Source of the DNA: Eledone cirrhosa
Taxonomy: Eukaryota
Direction of reading: 5' to 3'
NCBI GenBank assembly: GCA_964016885.1
Contig: OZ024740.1
Location: 311,984,001 to 312,048,000 of the forward strand
DNA length: 64,000 bases
Both the position numbers and the translations under genes were made by a program. This document shows positions 13,210 through 24,430 of this stretch, piece by piece; position 1 is the stretch's first letter, and every line of letters begins with the position of its first letter. The notes below the pieces were generated by a model. It was not told the origin of the DNA and searched no databases. It saw only the letters and a list, made by a program, of their open reading frames with translations.

Positions 13210-14082
13210 TCTTGCTTGCAGTCTGACCTGGACACAATGCAACAATGGATCTCAGACTGGCAACTCAAGCTAGCTGTGGACAAGTGCACCACCATGCATT
13301 TTGGGAGTAAAAACCCAGCGTCCACATACTCCCTCCACAGCACTAATATCAAGAAGTCTTCTTGTGAACGTGACCTGGGCATTACGGTCAGCAGCGATTT
13401 ACGTTGGACGAAGCACATCTCTAAAATTGTTAAGAGGGCCGAGGGTGTCTTAGCATCACTCAGCAAGACCTTTGTCAGCCGCTCTCCAGATATCTATTTA
13501 AGGCTGTACATGGCTATGGTGCGACCACACTTAGAATTTGCATCACCAGTCTGGAACTCCTATCCTGCTCAGAACATTGACCGCCTGGAAACTGTTCAGA
13601 GACGTGCAACCAAGCGAATACCCTCCATCAGGCATCTACCATACTCTGAGCGCCTTGCTTCCCTGGGCATGGATACATTGAAGCTCTGACGCCTGGCAAC
13701 TGACTTGGTAAACACCCACAAAATTGTTAACCATCTTGCCAACAACAACCCTGAGTACCTTTTTGATTTCCATGTGTCTAATACACGTGGACATGCCCAC
13801 AAAGTAAGAAAACAGCACAGTTCCCATGACTTTCGAAAACATTTTTTCACGCTCAGAGTTGCTGAAGCATGGAACAAACTACCTGCATGAGTTGTTAGCT
13901 GTCGAGACACTGCATCCTTTAAGGCCTCAATGCTTCCCGAGATCCGCCAACACTACAGCTAATACATACACACATGTACTTCCCTGACATTTGTGTATTA
14001 TTCTATGTACTATACATACACCTTTGACGAGTTGTAGTGCACCTGAGCACTTTACACAATAATTTCATTATTATTATTATTA
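13210..14082 (+). mobile_element. 5'-truncated CR1-clade LINE
   Basis: RT C-terminus ERDLGI...VRPHLEFASPVW...VQRRATK...TRGH...AWNKLP; 3' UTR ending in (ATT)n; TSD-like TATAGA at 13204 and 14083. Confidence 0.9.
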
Positions 14083-14208
14083 TATAGACTTTACCTAATG
14101 AACATTTTGCTCGAGATGCTTATTCATATATAACTAATAGAAAACATTGGCTGGAAATACTGAGCTAGGTTCTCATATATTTATTGTATATATACTTTCA
14201 TATACACC

Positions 14209-14665
14209 TGTAGCAAGAGTTGCCTCCCTTGTCATGACAATCTCATCACCGCTCTCTAGACAGGAAGTAGCTGGAGTTGCATCCCTTTGGGATTGACAGA
14301 CTCCCTGTTGGTCACTTCCGGTCAACTCTTATAAAAGGAGCAGGTTACCACGATATCTCCCTCTTGCCTCCTGATTTCTGAAGTGGTAACACCTGCGACC
14401 CTAGCTTGTGATGATTCCTTCTTGATAATCCTTCGCTACCAAGAACAATGCAACTTGCAGCCTGAGAACCTTAAGATGTTGATACCAGCCAGAAAAGATC
14501 TCTTCTTTTCTCTACCAACTTCAGCCTCGAGTTATGACCATCGGGTAACAAATCCTTAATATTTAATGCCTTTGACTTCCATGAAGTAAAAACTTTATTA
14601 TAACACACACACCGGTATTTACTGTCTTTTTTATGTTATATGTACACCGATACTAATCTCCTAAA
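14209..14665 (+). repeat. 5' LTR of element 2
   Basis: Direct repeat of 18980-19435; termini TGTAG...CTAAA. Confidence 0.94.
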
Positions 14666-15160
14666 GTGGTGACCCCCGACGTGATTTTTAAAAAAAAAAA
14701 AAAAAAAAAAAGAATGGGAAATGGTATACGGTGTATATAATATAATATAAAAAAAAAAAGAGAGACAGAAGAAAAAGAGAAAAATATAACAATTTAATAC
14801 AAAACGAACACCTACAATTATTGACACACAGACAAACAACAATTGTATAAATGTTTTTGCCTTTTTTTTCTCTCCTTTTCTGCCCTTCTCTTCTCTGGCT
14901 AAAAACTTTTGAGGATGACAAGATGGAGTCTCTCTTCTCCATCAATAGTGTTTTTGGCGCGAAATAGTCCGCCATGTTGGATTTTTTTTTTAGGTTCCTT
15001 GCCCTTACCTTAGTATAACAGCATTCACTTAATCGCTTGTTTGCATATTGTCCCGGATGCATTATTTTTCCGGTCCAGTGGTCTGACGGAAAAATTTTGT
15101 TTTCCTTTTCTGTTACGTTAGAGACATTTTTCCAAACGGTAGATTGCCTGCGGTATACCA

Positions 15161-15955
15161 ATGGCTTCCCACTCTGTTCTGCCAACGTACACGGGTGACG
15201 TGAGGCTATGGTTCTCACAGTTAGAAGCATTCTTCAGGGCGAACAGAGTTGACGAGGAACTACAACATTCTGTGGTCCTTAGTGCAATTCCGTCGGCAAT
15301 TCTCCCAGCGGTAAAGGACCTGGTGTTAGAGGCAACCACAGACTCGTCGTACACGTCTCTGAAGGCTGAAATACTCAGCCGGACAGAACGGTCTTCAGAA
15401 AAAAAATTTAGGGCTCTGGTCCATCTGGAGCATATAGGGGATGGCACCCCATCAAACCTCCTTAGGCGAATGAAGGACCTAACGGAGGGGTCTGCAGCAG
15501 AAACTGTCCTGCTGAAGCAGTTGTTCTTCTCGCGCCTGCCGACCAACGTACAGGCAATTTTGGCCCCCATGAGGGATACAAGCACGGTGGATCAGCTTGC
15601 CGCATCTGCAGACAAAGTTTTCGAGGTGACGAATGCCGGAGGCAGCGACTTCCTTGCCGCTGTTCACCACCCAGCTCGGGCCACACACAGCCATGCGATC
15701 TACGCCGCAGCGCCAACAGACAGCTCGACCATTATAGCGATGCAAAGGTCCATTCAGGAGCTCACCATAGAGCTCCACAAGATGAAGGCCTTGTGTGGTG
15801 GCTGTTCGTGCCCCCGCAGTCGCGGGAGATCGCAAAGTTTTAGACGGCGTTCTAAGTCACCAGCTTCATCTTTATGCTGGTACCACGAGTGATTTGCTGA
15901 GAACGCAAATCACTGCGTGCAACCTTGCTCCTTTCATAAGGTGGGAAACGCATAA
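15161..15955 (+). pseudogene. gag: gag of element 2 (premature TGA at 15890-15892 inside the CHCC motif)
   Basis: LPTYTGDVRLWFSQLEAFF; CWYHE*FAENANHCVQPC. Confidence 0.88.
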
Positions 15956-18363
15956 GAGGTCCGCTGATGGGGACAGCTGACCTCAACATAAAGTCACCAA
16001 ACCGCTATTTCTTCATTAAGGACCTAATGTCCGGAAGAGGTTTCCTCGTGGATACAGGAGCCTCCTGTAGTATTTGGCCGGTCCATTGCCTGAAAGATAC
16101 CCCCATAGAGTCATCTGTTACGCTGCAGGCAGTTAACCACTCGTCTATAAAGACGTACGGGCAAATCTCGCTCCCTCTTAAATTCCTAAATCTTCGAAGG
16201 GATTTTAAGTGGATTTTTACGGTTACCGATTTGCCATATCCCATCTTAGGAGCGGATTTCCTCCACAACTTCTCCTTAACTGTGGACGTCCGTGGCCAAC
16301 ACCTGGTGGATAACATCACCGGCTTTTCAATTCATGGCCAGGAAGCCAATGCTCCAATAGTCAGCCCCATGTTCTTTATCGCTGCCGCTGGAGACGCCTA
16401 CCATGCGTTACTGGGTTTTTTCCCGGAGCTCACGGATGGAAATTTTCGAGTCACTGGCCCAACACACTCAACCGAACATTTCATTTCCACCACCGGTGCT
16501 CCAGTGTTTTCGCGTCCACGTCGCTTACCGACGGAAAAATTAAAGGCAGCACGGTCCGAGTTCGACCATATGCTGCAGCTGGGCATTATTCGCCCATCTA
16601 CGAGTCCTTGGGCTTCACCGTTACACATGGTGCCCAAGACTTCCAGCGACTGGAGACCCACTGGGGATTATAGGAGGTTAAATGCCATGACCGTCTCGGA
16701 TAGGTATCCCATTCCCCATCTCCACGATTTTGCATCTTCACTGCAGGGGTGTAAGATTTTTTCTAAGTTAGATTTAGTGCGAGCCTACCACCAAATTCCG
16801 GTCAGGAACGAGAATATTCTGAAAACGGCGATTACAACCCCTTTCGGATCATTCGAATTTTTTACCATGCCTTTCGGACTCGGGAACACCGCTAGCACTT
16901 TTCAGCGGTTCATAGACGAGGTCACACGTGGTCTGGACTTCGTTTATGCTTACATAGACGATATTCTCGTCGCTAGTTCTTCTCCGGAAGAGCATATGCG
17001 CCACATGCTTCTCTTATTTCGGCGACTTCAGGATTACCGCGTTCGCGTGAATCCTGCAAAGTGTGTTTTCGGTTCCACTTCCCTACATTTTTTAGGCCAC
17101 CTCATCGACGCCGAAGGTATTAGGCCGCTCCCTCAGCGAGTTCAAGCCATACAGGAGTTACCTCCGCCTACTACACTTCACCAGTTGCGTCACTTCTTAG
17201 GCCTAATCAATTTCTATAGGCGTTTCATTCCTCATTGTGCTAATTGGCTATCTTCCCTTACTGACATTTTAAAAAATCGTCGTAAGAAGAAGGAAGACAT
17301 TTCCTTGACACAAGGACAGCTTCAGGACTTCCAGTCTGCCAAGACAGCACTCGCTAGTTCTTCTTTGCTAGCCCACCCAGTACCAGGCCAAGCTTTCGCT
17401 TTGTGTTGATGCATCTGATACCGCTGTGGGAGCAGTTTTACAGCAGTCTTACGCTGAAAACCAACAACCTTTGGCATTTTTCCCGAGGAAGTTGAAACCA
17501 GCAGAAACGTGTTATAGCACATTTGGCCTGAAGCCATCCCTTTACAAGACATGACTGCTGAAACTGTAGCACGTGCCCTGGTATCAGGGTGGATTACCAC
17601 CTTTGGGGTACCAACTACACTCACCACAGACCGTGGTAGACAATTCGAGTCCCATCTCTTCTCTGAGCTCACAAAAATAATTGGAGCTCAACGGATTCGG
17701 ACCACGGCCTATCATCCTGCTTCAAATGGAATGGTGGAACGATTCCACCGCCAATTAAAGGCCGCTCTTCGCGCCTATCCAGACTCTCAACATTGGAGCG
17801 AGTACCTTCCTATTGTGTTATTAGGAATTCGGTCATCAATAAAGGAGGACCTTGGGACCTCCCCGGCCGAATTAATTTACGGTGCTCCTCTAGCATTGCC
17901 TGGGCAAATGCTTGCCCCTGTTGATCTTGCTTTCCAAGATCCGCTTTCCTACGTATCCCGTCTGCGTTCTTATTTTCAGGACCTGCCGCCGATGGATACG
18001 AGGAAGCAAACTGTAAAACCTGCGGTCCCGAGGGATATTGCCTCGTGGACTCATGTGTTCGTAAGGAACGATGCTGTGAGACCACCCCTCACACAACCAT
18101 ACTCTGGACCCTACCGTGTGTTAGCACGCACTGACAAACATTTCACTGTAGATGTTAAGGGGTCCAGAGAGACAATTTCAGTGGATAGACTGAAAAGGGC
18201 ACACAATGACGCTCATACACCCAAGCCACAAATACCCCAATCTTTCTCTCTTGTGCATACACCTGCTCCTTCTGCCCCACCTTCACCTACATACAAGACT
18301 ACGACCCGTTCCGGTCGGAGAGTCCACTGGCCCAAAAAGTTCTGCCAAACTATTTTTATGTGA
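15943..18363 (+). pseudogene. pol: pol of element 2 (PR, RT, partial RNase H, partial integrase; frameshift ~17390; deletion ~17525)
   Basis: FLVDTGA, YIDD, VDASD; the sequence jumps from RNase H YSTFG to integrase WPEAIPL; GPY motif. Confidence 0.92.
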
Positions 18364-18979
18364 ACTGGCCATTGGAGCCTTATATTTTTTTTTTTTCTTG
18401 CTGCTATTGTTATTTATTGATTTATTGTATTACAATGTACCTCTCATTACCATTTCACTGGATGTATATATATGTTTTTCGTTTCCTTTACAACGAACAT
18501 TTTAAGCTATATTCTTCTATTTGCCGGTTTATAAATTTACCACGTAAATTTGCCGTGGAAAACCGCGCATTTATTAAGAATGCTTATTTCTCTGGTCGCT
18601 GGCCTCTTGACCCTTCCAGGTCAACGCATTCACAACATCAACAACAACAACACAGCTTCATCAACAACTAAAACCAGCAGAAAAAGCCAGACAATTTATT
18701 TCTGCAGCACTCTGCCTGTGAGAAATTCCCTTCGGAAGTTGGAAATTTCATGTTATACCACAGACCAGAAACCACCTGCATTCATTCTCTGGAACACATT
18801 CTTTACTGCTGTCATGTGATTGCATACATGTGAACTGTATTTTAGATATTTGAACTTTTGACCTCTTCTCGTACTTTTATTACTTTGTACTATAATTTTC
18901 ATGCCTCTTACATGCTCGCCCTCTTACTCCATGCATGCTTCTTTCGATTTTTATGTTTTAAAAATCTGGCGGGAGGTAA

Positions 18980-19435
18980 TGTAGCAAGAGTTGCCTCCCT
19001 TGTCATGACAATCTCATCACCGCTCTCTAGACAGGAAGTAGCTGGAGTTGCTTCCCTTTGGGATTGACAGACTCCCTGTTGGTCACTTCCGGTCAACTCT
19101 TATAAAAGGAGCAGGTTACCACGATATCTCCCTCTTGCCTCCTGATTTCTGAAGTGGTAACACCTGCGACCCTAGCTTGTGATGATTCCTTCTTGATAAT
19201 CCTTCGCTACCAAGAACAATGCAACTTGCAGCCTGAGAACCTTAAGATGTTGCTACCAGCCAGAAAAGATCTCTTCTTTTCTCTACCAACTTCAGCCTCG
19301 AGTTATGACCATCGGGTAACAAATCCTTAATATTTAATGCCTTTGACTTCCATGAAGTAAAAACTTTATTATAACACACACACCGGTATTTACTGTCTTT
19401 TTATGTTATATGTACACCGATACTAATCTCCTAAA
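18980..19435 (+). repeat. 3' LTR of element 2
   Basis: Direct repeat of 14209-14665, followed by CACC. Confidence 0.94.
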
Positions 19436-19540
19436 CACCCTTATTATGCTTAATGCTGTATATTAGCCACATAGAACTGCATATAGAAGTTGGCTGCATA
19501 TCAAGTGTTGCTCTACTTTAAAAGAAACATTTTTTTAAAG

Positions 19541-19618
19541 GTGGAATGTGCCAGAAATTTCTGCAAGTACAGTGCTCGCCCCAGTTGTCTGCAACGAATC
19601 CCAGTTTTTGTAGAAGCC
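19541..19618 (+). CDS. HACL1: HACL1 coding exon (VECARNFCKYSARPSCLQRIPVFVEA)
   Basis: taaAG / GTaagt; 78 nt, phase 0-0. Confidence 0.93.
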
Positions 19619-21023
19619 GTAAGTATTAATGATTATATATTTTCACAAAACTGTAGGAATTTCAGTGTAGGGTTTAGCTGTAAACAACTGATGGCTATGT
19701 GCATAGCAAAAAGTCAGGTTAAAATATAACCACATATTAAGTGGAAGAATGGAGAGAGGGAGAGAATGGAAGAAAGAGAGTCTAAAGCATGAGATGAGAA
19801 ATGAAAAGGGTATAGAGAGAGAGAAGAGGAGAGTAGAAGGAAAAAGCAGGAATGAGATTGTTTTTAGGAGTTCAATTTTTGTACATGTTTTGATATATAT
19901 ACTCTCAGCATATAAGTGTTGAAGGTAATCATTAACCTGCAAGTTTTCAACAATTCTTTAGAGAATATATCATAACTAGGAAGTGTTCCAAATTATGAGA
20001 ATATGTTTGTATGAACTGGGATGTCATTGGAGAGAAGTGTTATCAGTGAAAAAGAAAGTATGGAAGTGTTACTTTCAGAGTTTGTTGAATGTGGAATATA
20101 TGTAAAATAAGGGACTACCATAACCTTGTGATGGACTGACATGCCATCCATGGGAGAGTCTTGTACTCTCAGTTGCTTAACAGTACATAAAAGTGGGTTG
20201 AGGTCAAAGCCCAGGTGAACACCTACCTGTACATTCAATTCTTACTGAACTTCTTTGCTAACCTTACCTAGAAATATGATACTTGGCAACAAAGAGTTTG
20301 TCTTTTAAGATAAAAGTAACAGATTGTATGAAGTTATGTGTAGGAAAGAAATGTAGGTTGGAAAGAAATGAGTTTTGTGTAATGTTTGATGTGAAGCATT
20401 GACCAGCAAATGGACCAATAGGGTGCTTGCAGAGCTAGATTAACCATTAAACAAAATAAGCACAAGGGACATCAAGAGAAAAGGAATACCATTTTATTCA
20501 AATTAAATGTATGTCATTTCAATTTTTTCTTTTTTGAATACATTATATATGGGGGTGGAGCATAATCTTTTAAGTGTTTAGGCCCCCAGAATATCTTAAT
20601 CTGGCACTGGGTGGCTGAACATTAAAAACATCAGTGGATAAATACATGAGAAGCAGCTTAGTTGGTATGAATCATGAGAGCTGAGTGAAACTGTCATGCA
20701 GAGTTTACCCATTGAAGAGGAGAAGGATGTGGAAAGTTACATGATTAAATTTCAGGATGCTGGGCCTAACAGAAGAGATTTTGAAAGACCTATATTGGTG
20801 GTGATCAGGGATGGATTAAGTCCTTTTGAAGCTCTAAATACTAAAAAAAATAAAGTCCCCACACACCCTGATATTTAAAATCAACAAAAATCTTAGGGGT
20901 AGAGCAGTGAAAATGCATTAAATTTGAATAAATTGGTGGCCCAACTTCCTTTGGGGCCCTAATGTTAAATTTTGATGATGATAATAAGGAGAACATTGAA
21001 GTTCTTTTTACATTTCATATTAG

Positions 21024-21118
21024 GCTGTACGAGTAGCTCTTTATGGTCGTCCTGGAGTTAGTTACATAGATCTTCCTGCTGATATGATTACTGCTTCCAC
21101 TAATTCTTCATCAGTTGT
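21024..21118 (+). CDS. HACL1: HACL1 coding exon (AVRVALYGRPGVSYIDLPAD...)
   Basis: attAG / GTgagt; YGRPG motif. Confidence 0.93.
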
Positions 21119-21480
21119 GTGAGTACATCGTTTTTATCTTGTTTTCTCTTCTATTGGATTCTGTTGTTTCTAGATATATCATCTATTTGTTTTCTCTCTT
21201 AAATCATACCCTACCACCGAGAAAAGGACGGCCATATTGGATAATGCAAAAACAAAAGGTAAAGGGTCCTTAACTCCTGGTGGAGTTGTAGGGGCACCAT
21301 CCTAACATAGAATGTCTTGGGAATTTTGAACCTGGCAGAGCCCATCCTTTTTCAGGCTGGAGGAGAGAGAGAAGGGTTAGAACTAGCTGGCCAAAGAAGG
21401 AATAAAGCCCTCCCTTTACTTTTTACATGTGTACATACATACAGAATTAACTAACTTCTATGGTTTGTGTTAATCAACAG

Positions 21481-21593
21481 ATGGAGCCAAAAGTGTCCTG
21501 ATTCTCCAAGAGTGCATGCTCCTCCTGAGGACATCAAAGAAGCTCTTAGAGTCCTCTCCACTGCCCATAAGCCCTTGGTCATCATTGGCAAAG
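21481..21593 (+). CDS. HACL1: HACL1 coding exon (WSQKCPDSP...KPLVIIGK)
   Basis: aacAG / GTaagc; phases fit. Confidence 0.92.
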
Positions 21594-23010
21594 GTAAGCT
21601 TGTGTTCTTCACAATCACACACACACACATTGATTGAGGCATTTGTTGTTCCTCCTGCAACAAGAAGAGGATATATCTTATTTGAAGCATCATTTTTCTG
21701 TCTTAGTCTTAAAGTATTATTTAACCCTTTTGATACCAACCCACCCCAAACCGTCCCTGGCTCTGTGAAACAGAATCATATATTTTAAAAGGTTCCTATT
21801 CACATTAAAACGTTCCAACATAATTTGGTATGAGAACATTTTGTTAAGTTATATTACAAATATCATTTTAATTATGGAATAATTAATGATTTTAATAAAT
21901 CACTTCAAATTCTTCAATAATTAATTCAGGTGCAATGTATTTCATTAAAAATATAGTAATAAAAGGTTTGATCTGATACATGTGGATTTGACTCAATCAC
22001 TGTTGGTTGATAAAATACTCCTTTGTTATACAGTATATGTACCTGTTGCTTTGACTAATGAATGGTATTTCTTCATGTTACCTATTAATAGTTAAATTGA
22101 CTAAATGTCAATGCACAACATCATAATCACCATTTATTGTCTATTTTCTATGTTTTCATGTGTTAGATGGCTGTTATGAGGCTAACCGTGTCAGGTGACC
22201 ATGTTTTGCTCATCGTTTAACGTCTATCTTCCACATACATATCTATTTTGGGCTTGGTTTTCAATGACTGGATGCCCTTCCACATTTCAGAGAGAGCTTT
22301 TATCGTGGCACCACCAATACCACTTTACAGAGTGGACTGGGTACTTTTCATCATGGCACCAGGACAACCACCTAACAGGGTGGACTGGGTGACAAGTAAC
22401 TAAATACAAACTTCCCAACTTGGACGAAATGGCTGTGTCCATTGCCTTCACAGATCCTCCAAAACCAGTGAGATTGATATGGTTAATGTTCTTGAACATT
22501 TTCAAGTTAATGACTCAGGAAAAAACATGTCCATAGTAGGAATTCCACTCACAAGGATATGTTCTGGGGAGGAAGAACTGTGAATGGGGTTAGTGTAGTG
22601 TTTAGTGTGTGTGTGGGGGGGGGGGTTACACAATATGTGAGACAAGTGGAGGAGAGAGAAGTGAGTCAGGAGTGGATATGCCAACTATGAGGAGCAAAGG
22701 CCTCTTTAGTTGTAATAAAAAAGATAGAGAGATGAGACAAGTCTGTGGTTCAGAGGGATATGCTGTTTATGAGAAACTTTATGCCAATTAGTCAAATATT
22801 ATTTCTTTGGATATAGGTTAACTTTGCCTTTCATCCTTACAGGGTCGATAAAATAAAGTACCAGTAATACACTGGGTAATTGCTGGCCTTGTGCCAAACG
22901 TAGAAACAATTATTTCTTTGGATATAGTATAGGATGCTAAAATGAGCTGTAACTCATTCTTTGAAATATATTTATTTGTCATATAAAATTATGTTTAATG
23001 TTATTTTCAG

Positions 23011-23146
23011 GAGCTGCCTATTCACAGGCTGAGCAAGAACTGCAACACTTTATTTCAGCAACTGGACTACCCTTTCTTCCGACCCCTATGGGCAAGGGAG
23101 TTCTTCCAGACAACCATAAGCAATGTGTTTCTGCAGCCAGATCAAA
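23011..23146 (+). CDS. HACL1: HACL1 coding exon (GAAYSQAE...PFLPTPMGKGVLPDNH...AARS)
   Basis: ttcAG / GTaaaa; conserved PFLPTPMGKG. Confidence 0.95.
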
Positions 23147-23649
23147 GTAAAATTTCAATATTAAATTATTAATTTTTTATCATGTTTGTACAATGCAGGC
23201 ATAGCTTTATCTAGGTGCAAGAATGGCTGTGTGGTTAATAAGTTGCAACCATGTGGTTTTAGGCTCCATCCCACTGAGCAGCACCTTGGGAAAATATCTT
23301 TTGCTACAGTCTTAGACCAAACACTTCCTTATGAGTTAATTTGGTAGATGGAAATTGTAAAGAAGCCAGTCATATGTGTTATAGTTTACCACTTGCATCT
23401 TCGCATCAACAATGTTTAAAGCAAGTAATGTTATGTGTTTATGTCCCATGTAAATAATGTGTCCTGAAGTGTTGTGGATCAATGAAGATGAGTGGTATAT
23501 ATATATCATTTTAAGAAATAAAATATGAATTGTGGAGAAACTGCCACAAAAAATCTTGTTCAAACCATACTAATATGGAAAAAACAGGCATAAAAAAGGA
23601 TGATGTTTATGATGATGATAGTAAATAAAAACATGGTAATAATATTATG

Positions 23650-23990
23650 ATAATATGGTCCCACTCAGTCAAGGATGACCATGGTTTTGCACCTAGTAAG
23701 TTTCCCTCTGAGGCACAAGCCTGGGCAAGGTTTGTTTTGTGGAAGACCAGCAGTTACCCATACATACCAGCCTCCCCTCTCCATACCACTGATGTTGTCC
23801 AAGGGAAAGGCAATGGCCGATACAGCTTGGCACCAGTGGCGTCGCAACTCCTTTCTACAGCTGAGTAAACTGGAGCAACGTAAAATAAAGTATCTTGCTC
23901 AAGGACACAATGCATCACCCGGTCCGAGAATCAAACTCACAACCTCAATTGCAAGCCCAATGCTCTAACCACTAAACCATGCGTCTTCAC
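23650..23990 (-). mobile_element. tRNA-derived SINE family B, near full-length
   Basis: Head CATGGTTTAGTGGTTAGAGCATTGG...GAGTTTGATTC and central GTGTCCTTGAGCAAG block; related heads at ~4612, ~11350, ~41570. Confidence 0.7.
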
Positions 23991-24064
23991 GTTATGATAA
24001 TAACTATGATAATAATAGCAATTTTTCTAACATAATAATTAAAACAATAAAAAAATGTTTACAG

Positions 24065-24170
24065 AGCTCTTCGGGAGGCAGATGTGATTCTTCTACTTGG
24101 TGCACGGCTGAACTGGATACTGCACTTTGGGATTCCTCCTCGTTTCCAACCAAATGTCAAAGTTATTCAG
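24065..24170 (+). CDS. HACL1: HACL1 coding exon ([35 protein letters not shown])
   Basis: tacAG / GTaact; [11 protein letters not shown]. Confidence 0.95.
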
Positions 24171-24430
24171 GTAACTTACAAATTCTTCATAGAAATATAC
24201 AAAAAAATGTTGATGTAAAAAAATATTTCACACTTTCATTCTCTCTCTCTCTCTCAATATATATACAATGTGAAGGTAAATAAGGTTTTGTTTGTGTATA
24301 TCAGTAATCTTCAAAACAATCTCAATTTCTTAATTCCTTTTTCCTCCCTACCCACTCTTCCCTACTCTTAATTTCTACCCTCTCCTTCTCTGTCCTTCTC
24401 TTTATACCTTCTCTACCCTTTCAACCATAC

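Larger units (their letters stand above)
14209..19435 (+). mobile_element. Ty3/gypsy LTR retrotransposon 2 (CsRn1-like), internally deleted, in HACL1 intron
   Basis: LTRs 14209-14665 and 18980-19435 differ by 2 substitutions and 1 indel by eye. TSD CACC. PBS TGGTGACCCCCGACGTGATT from 14667 (tRNA-Trp, one extra C). PPT at ~18968-18976. CHCC Gag motif; DTGA and YIDD. Confidence 0.95.

Noticed and set aside
14090-14125. Apparent degenerate plus-strand hammerhead (CTAATGA...GAGA tgct TA)
   Set aside because: Two core mismatches and no stem I; it is better explained as the reverse-strand upstream module of the 13.1-kb hammerhead repeat
14688-15230. 180-aa antisense ORF in the leader of element 2, and ORFs 3' of pol (possible env or extra gene)
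   Set aside because: Low-complexity translations of A/T tracts; no signal peptide or Env motifs
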